Assembly (NCBI RefSeq): GCF_006345805.1
Contig: NC_043014.1
Span: 26,598,001-26,662,000 of the forward strand
Length of the DNA: 64,000 nucleotides
Direction of reading: 5' to 3'
Source of the DNA: Octopus sinensis
Taxonomy: Eukaryota
Shown here: positions 63,831 to 64,000 of the stretch, in pieces
How positions within the stretch are numbered: position 1 is the stretch's first letter
Layout: every line of letters starts with the position of its first letter
The notes under the pieces: generated by a model
What the model saw: the letters and a program-made list of their open reading frames with translations, nothing else
Databases searched by the model: none
Told to the model about the DNA's origin: nothing
Made by a program: the position numbers and the translations under genes

Positions 63831-64000
63831 TAAATGCCTAAGTGTGAATCTGGATGAGCTTAGATTTTCAGAAAAAGGAAATCAACCAACTAATTCGCAC
63901 ATTACAAATACAGTCTGTAAGTAGAACAGTAAAGAATATATACAAGACTTTTCTCAAGTTTAAAATGTGACTGTTTTTGTTATCTACAGTTCAATGATGA

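Overview
AT-rich, microsatellite-dense animal genomic DNA. The SINE families and repeat texture match what I recognise from octopus (coleoid cephalopod) genomes; this assignment is unverified. There is one clear host coding exon, a galactose-3-O-sulfotransferase-like gene (about 16773-17910, +), whose 3' end is duplicated as a 435-bp near-perfect inverted repeat. Most other interpretable sequence is decayed transposons: Tx1-like, R4/Dong-like, RTE and CR1-like LINEs, Penelope-like elements (PLEs), a Helitron, pogo/Tigger and Tc1 remnants, a Gypsy gag-pro fragment, a MITE and tRNA-derived SINEs. The ORF track does not explain the most notable signal: about eight sequence-distinct hammerhead-ribozyme (HHR)-like motifs in short non-coding elements, often as inverted pairs beside (TA)n. 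They include canonical cores, core variants (U3-A8, A6U, U4C) and a family whose three hammerhead strands lie in reversed, non-nested order with covarying stems. That family also forms a 776-bp tandem, retrozyme-like array. All ribozyme calls come from manual pairing and are untested.
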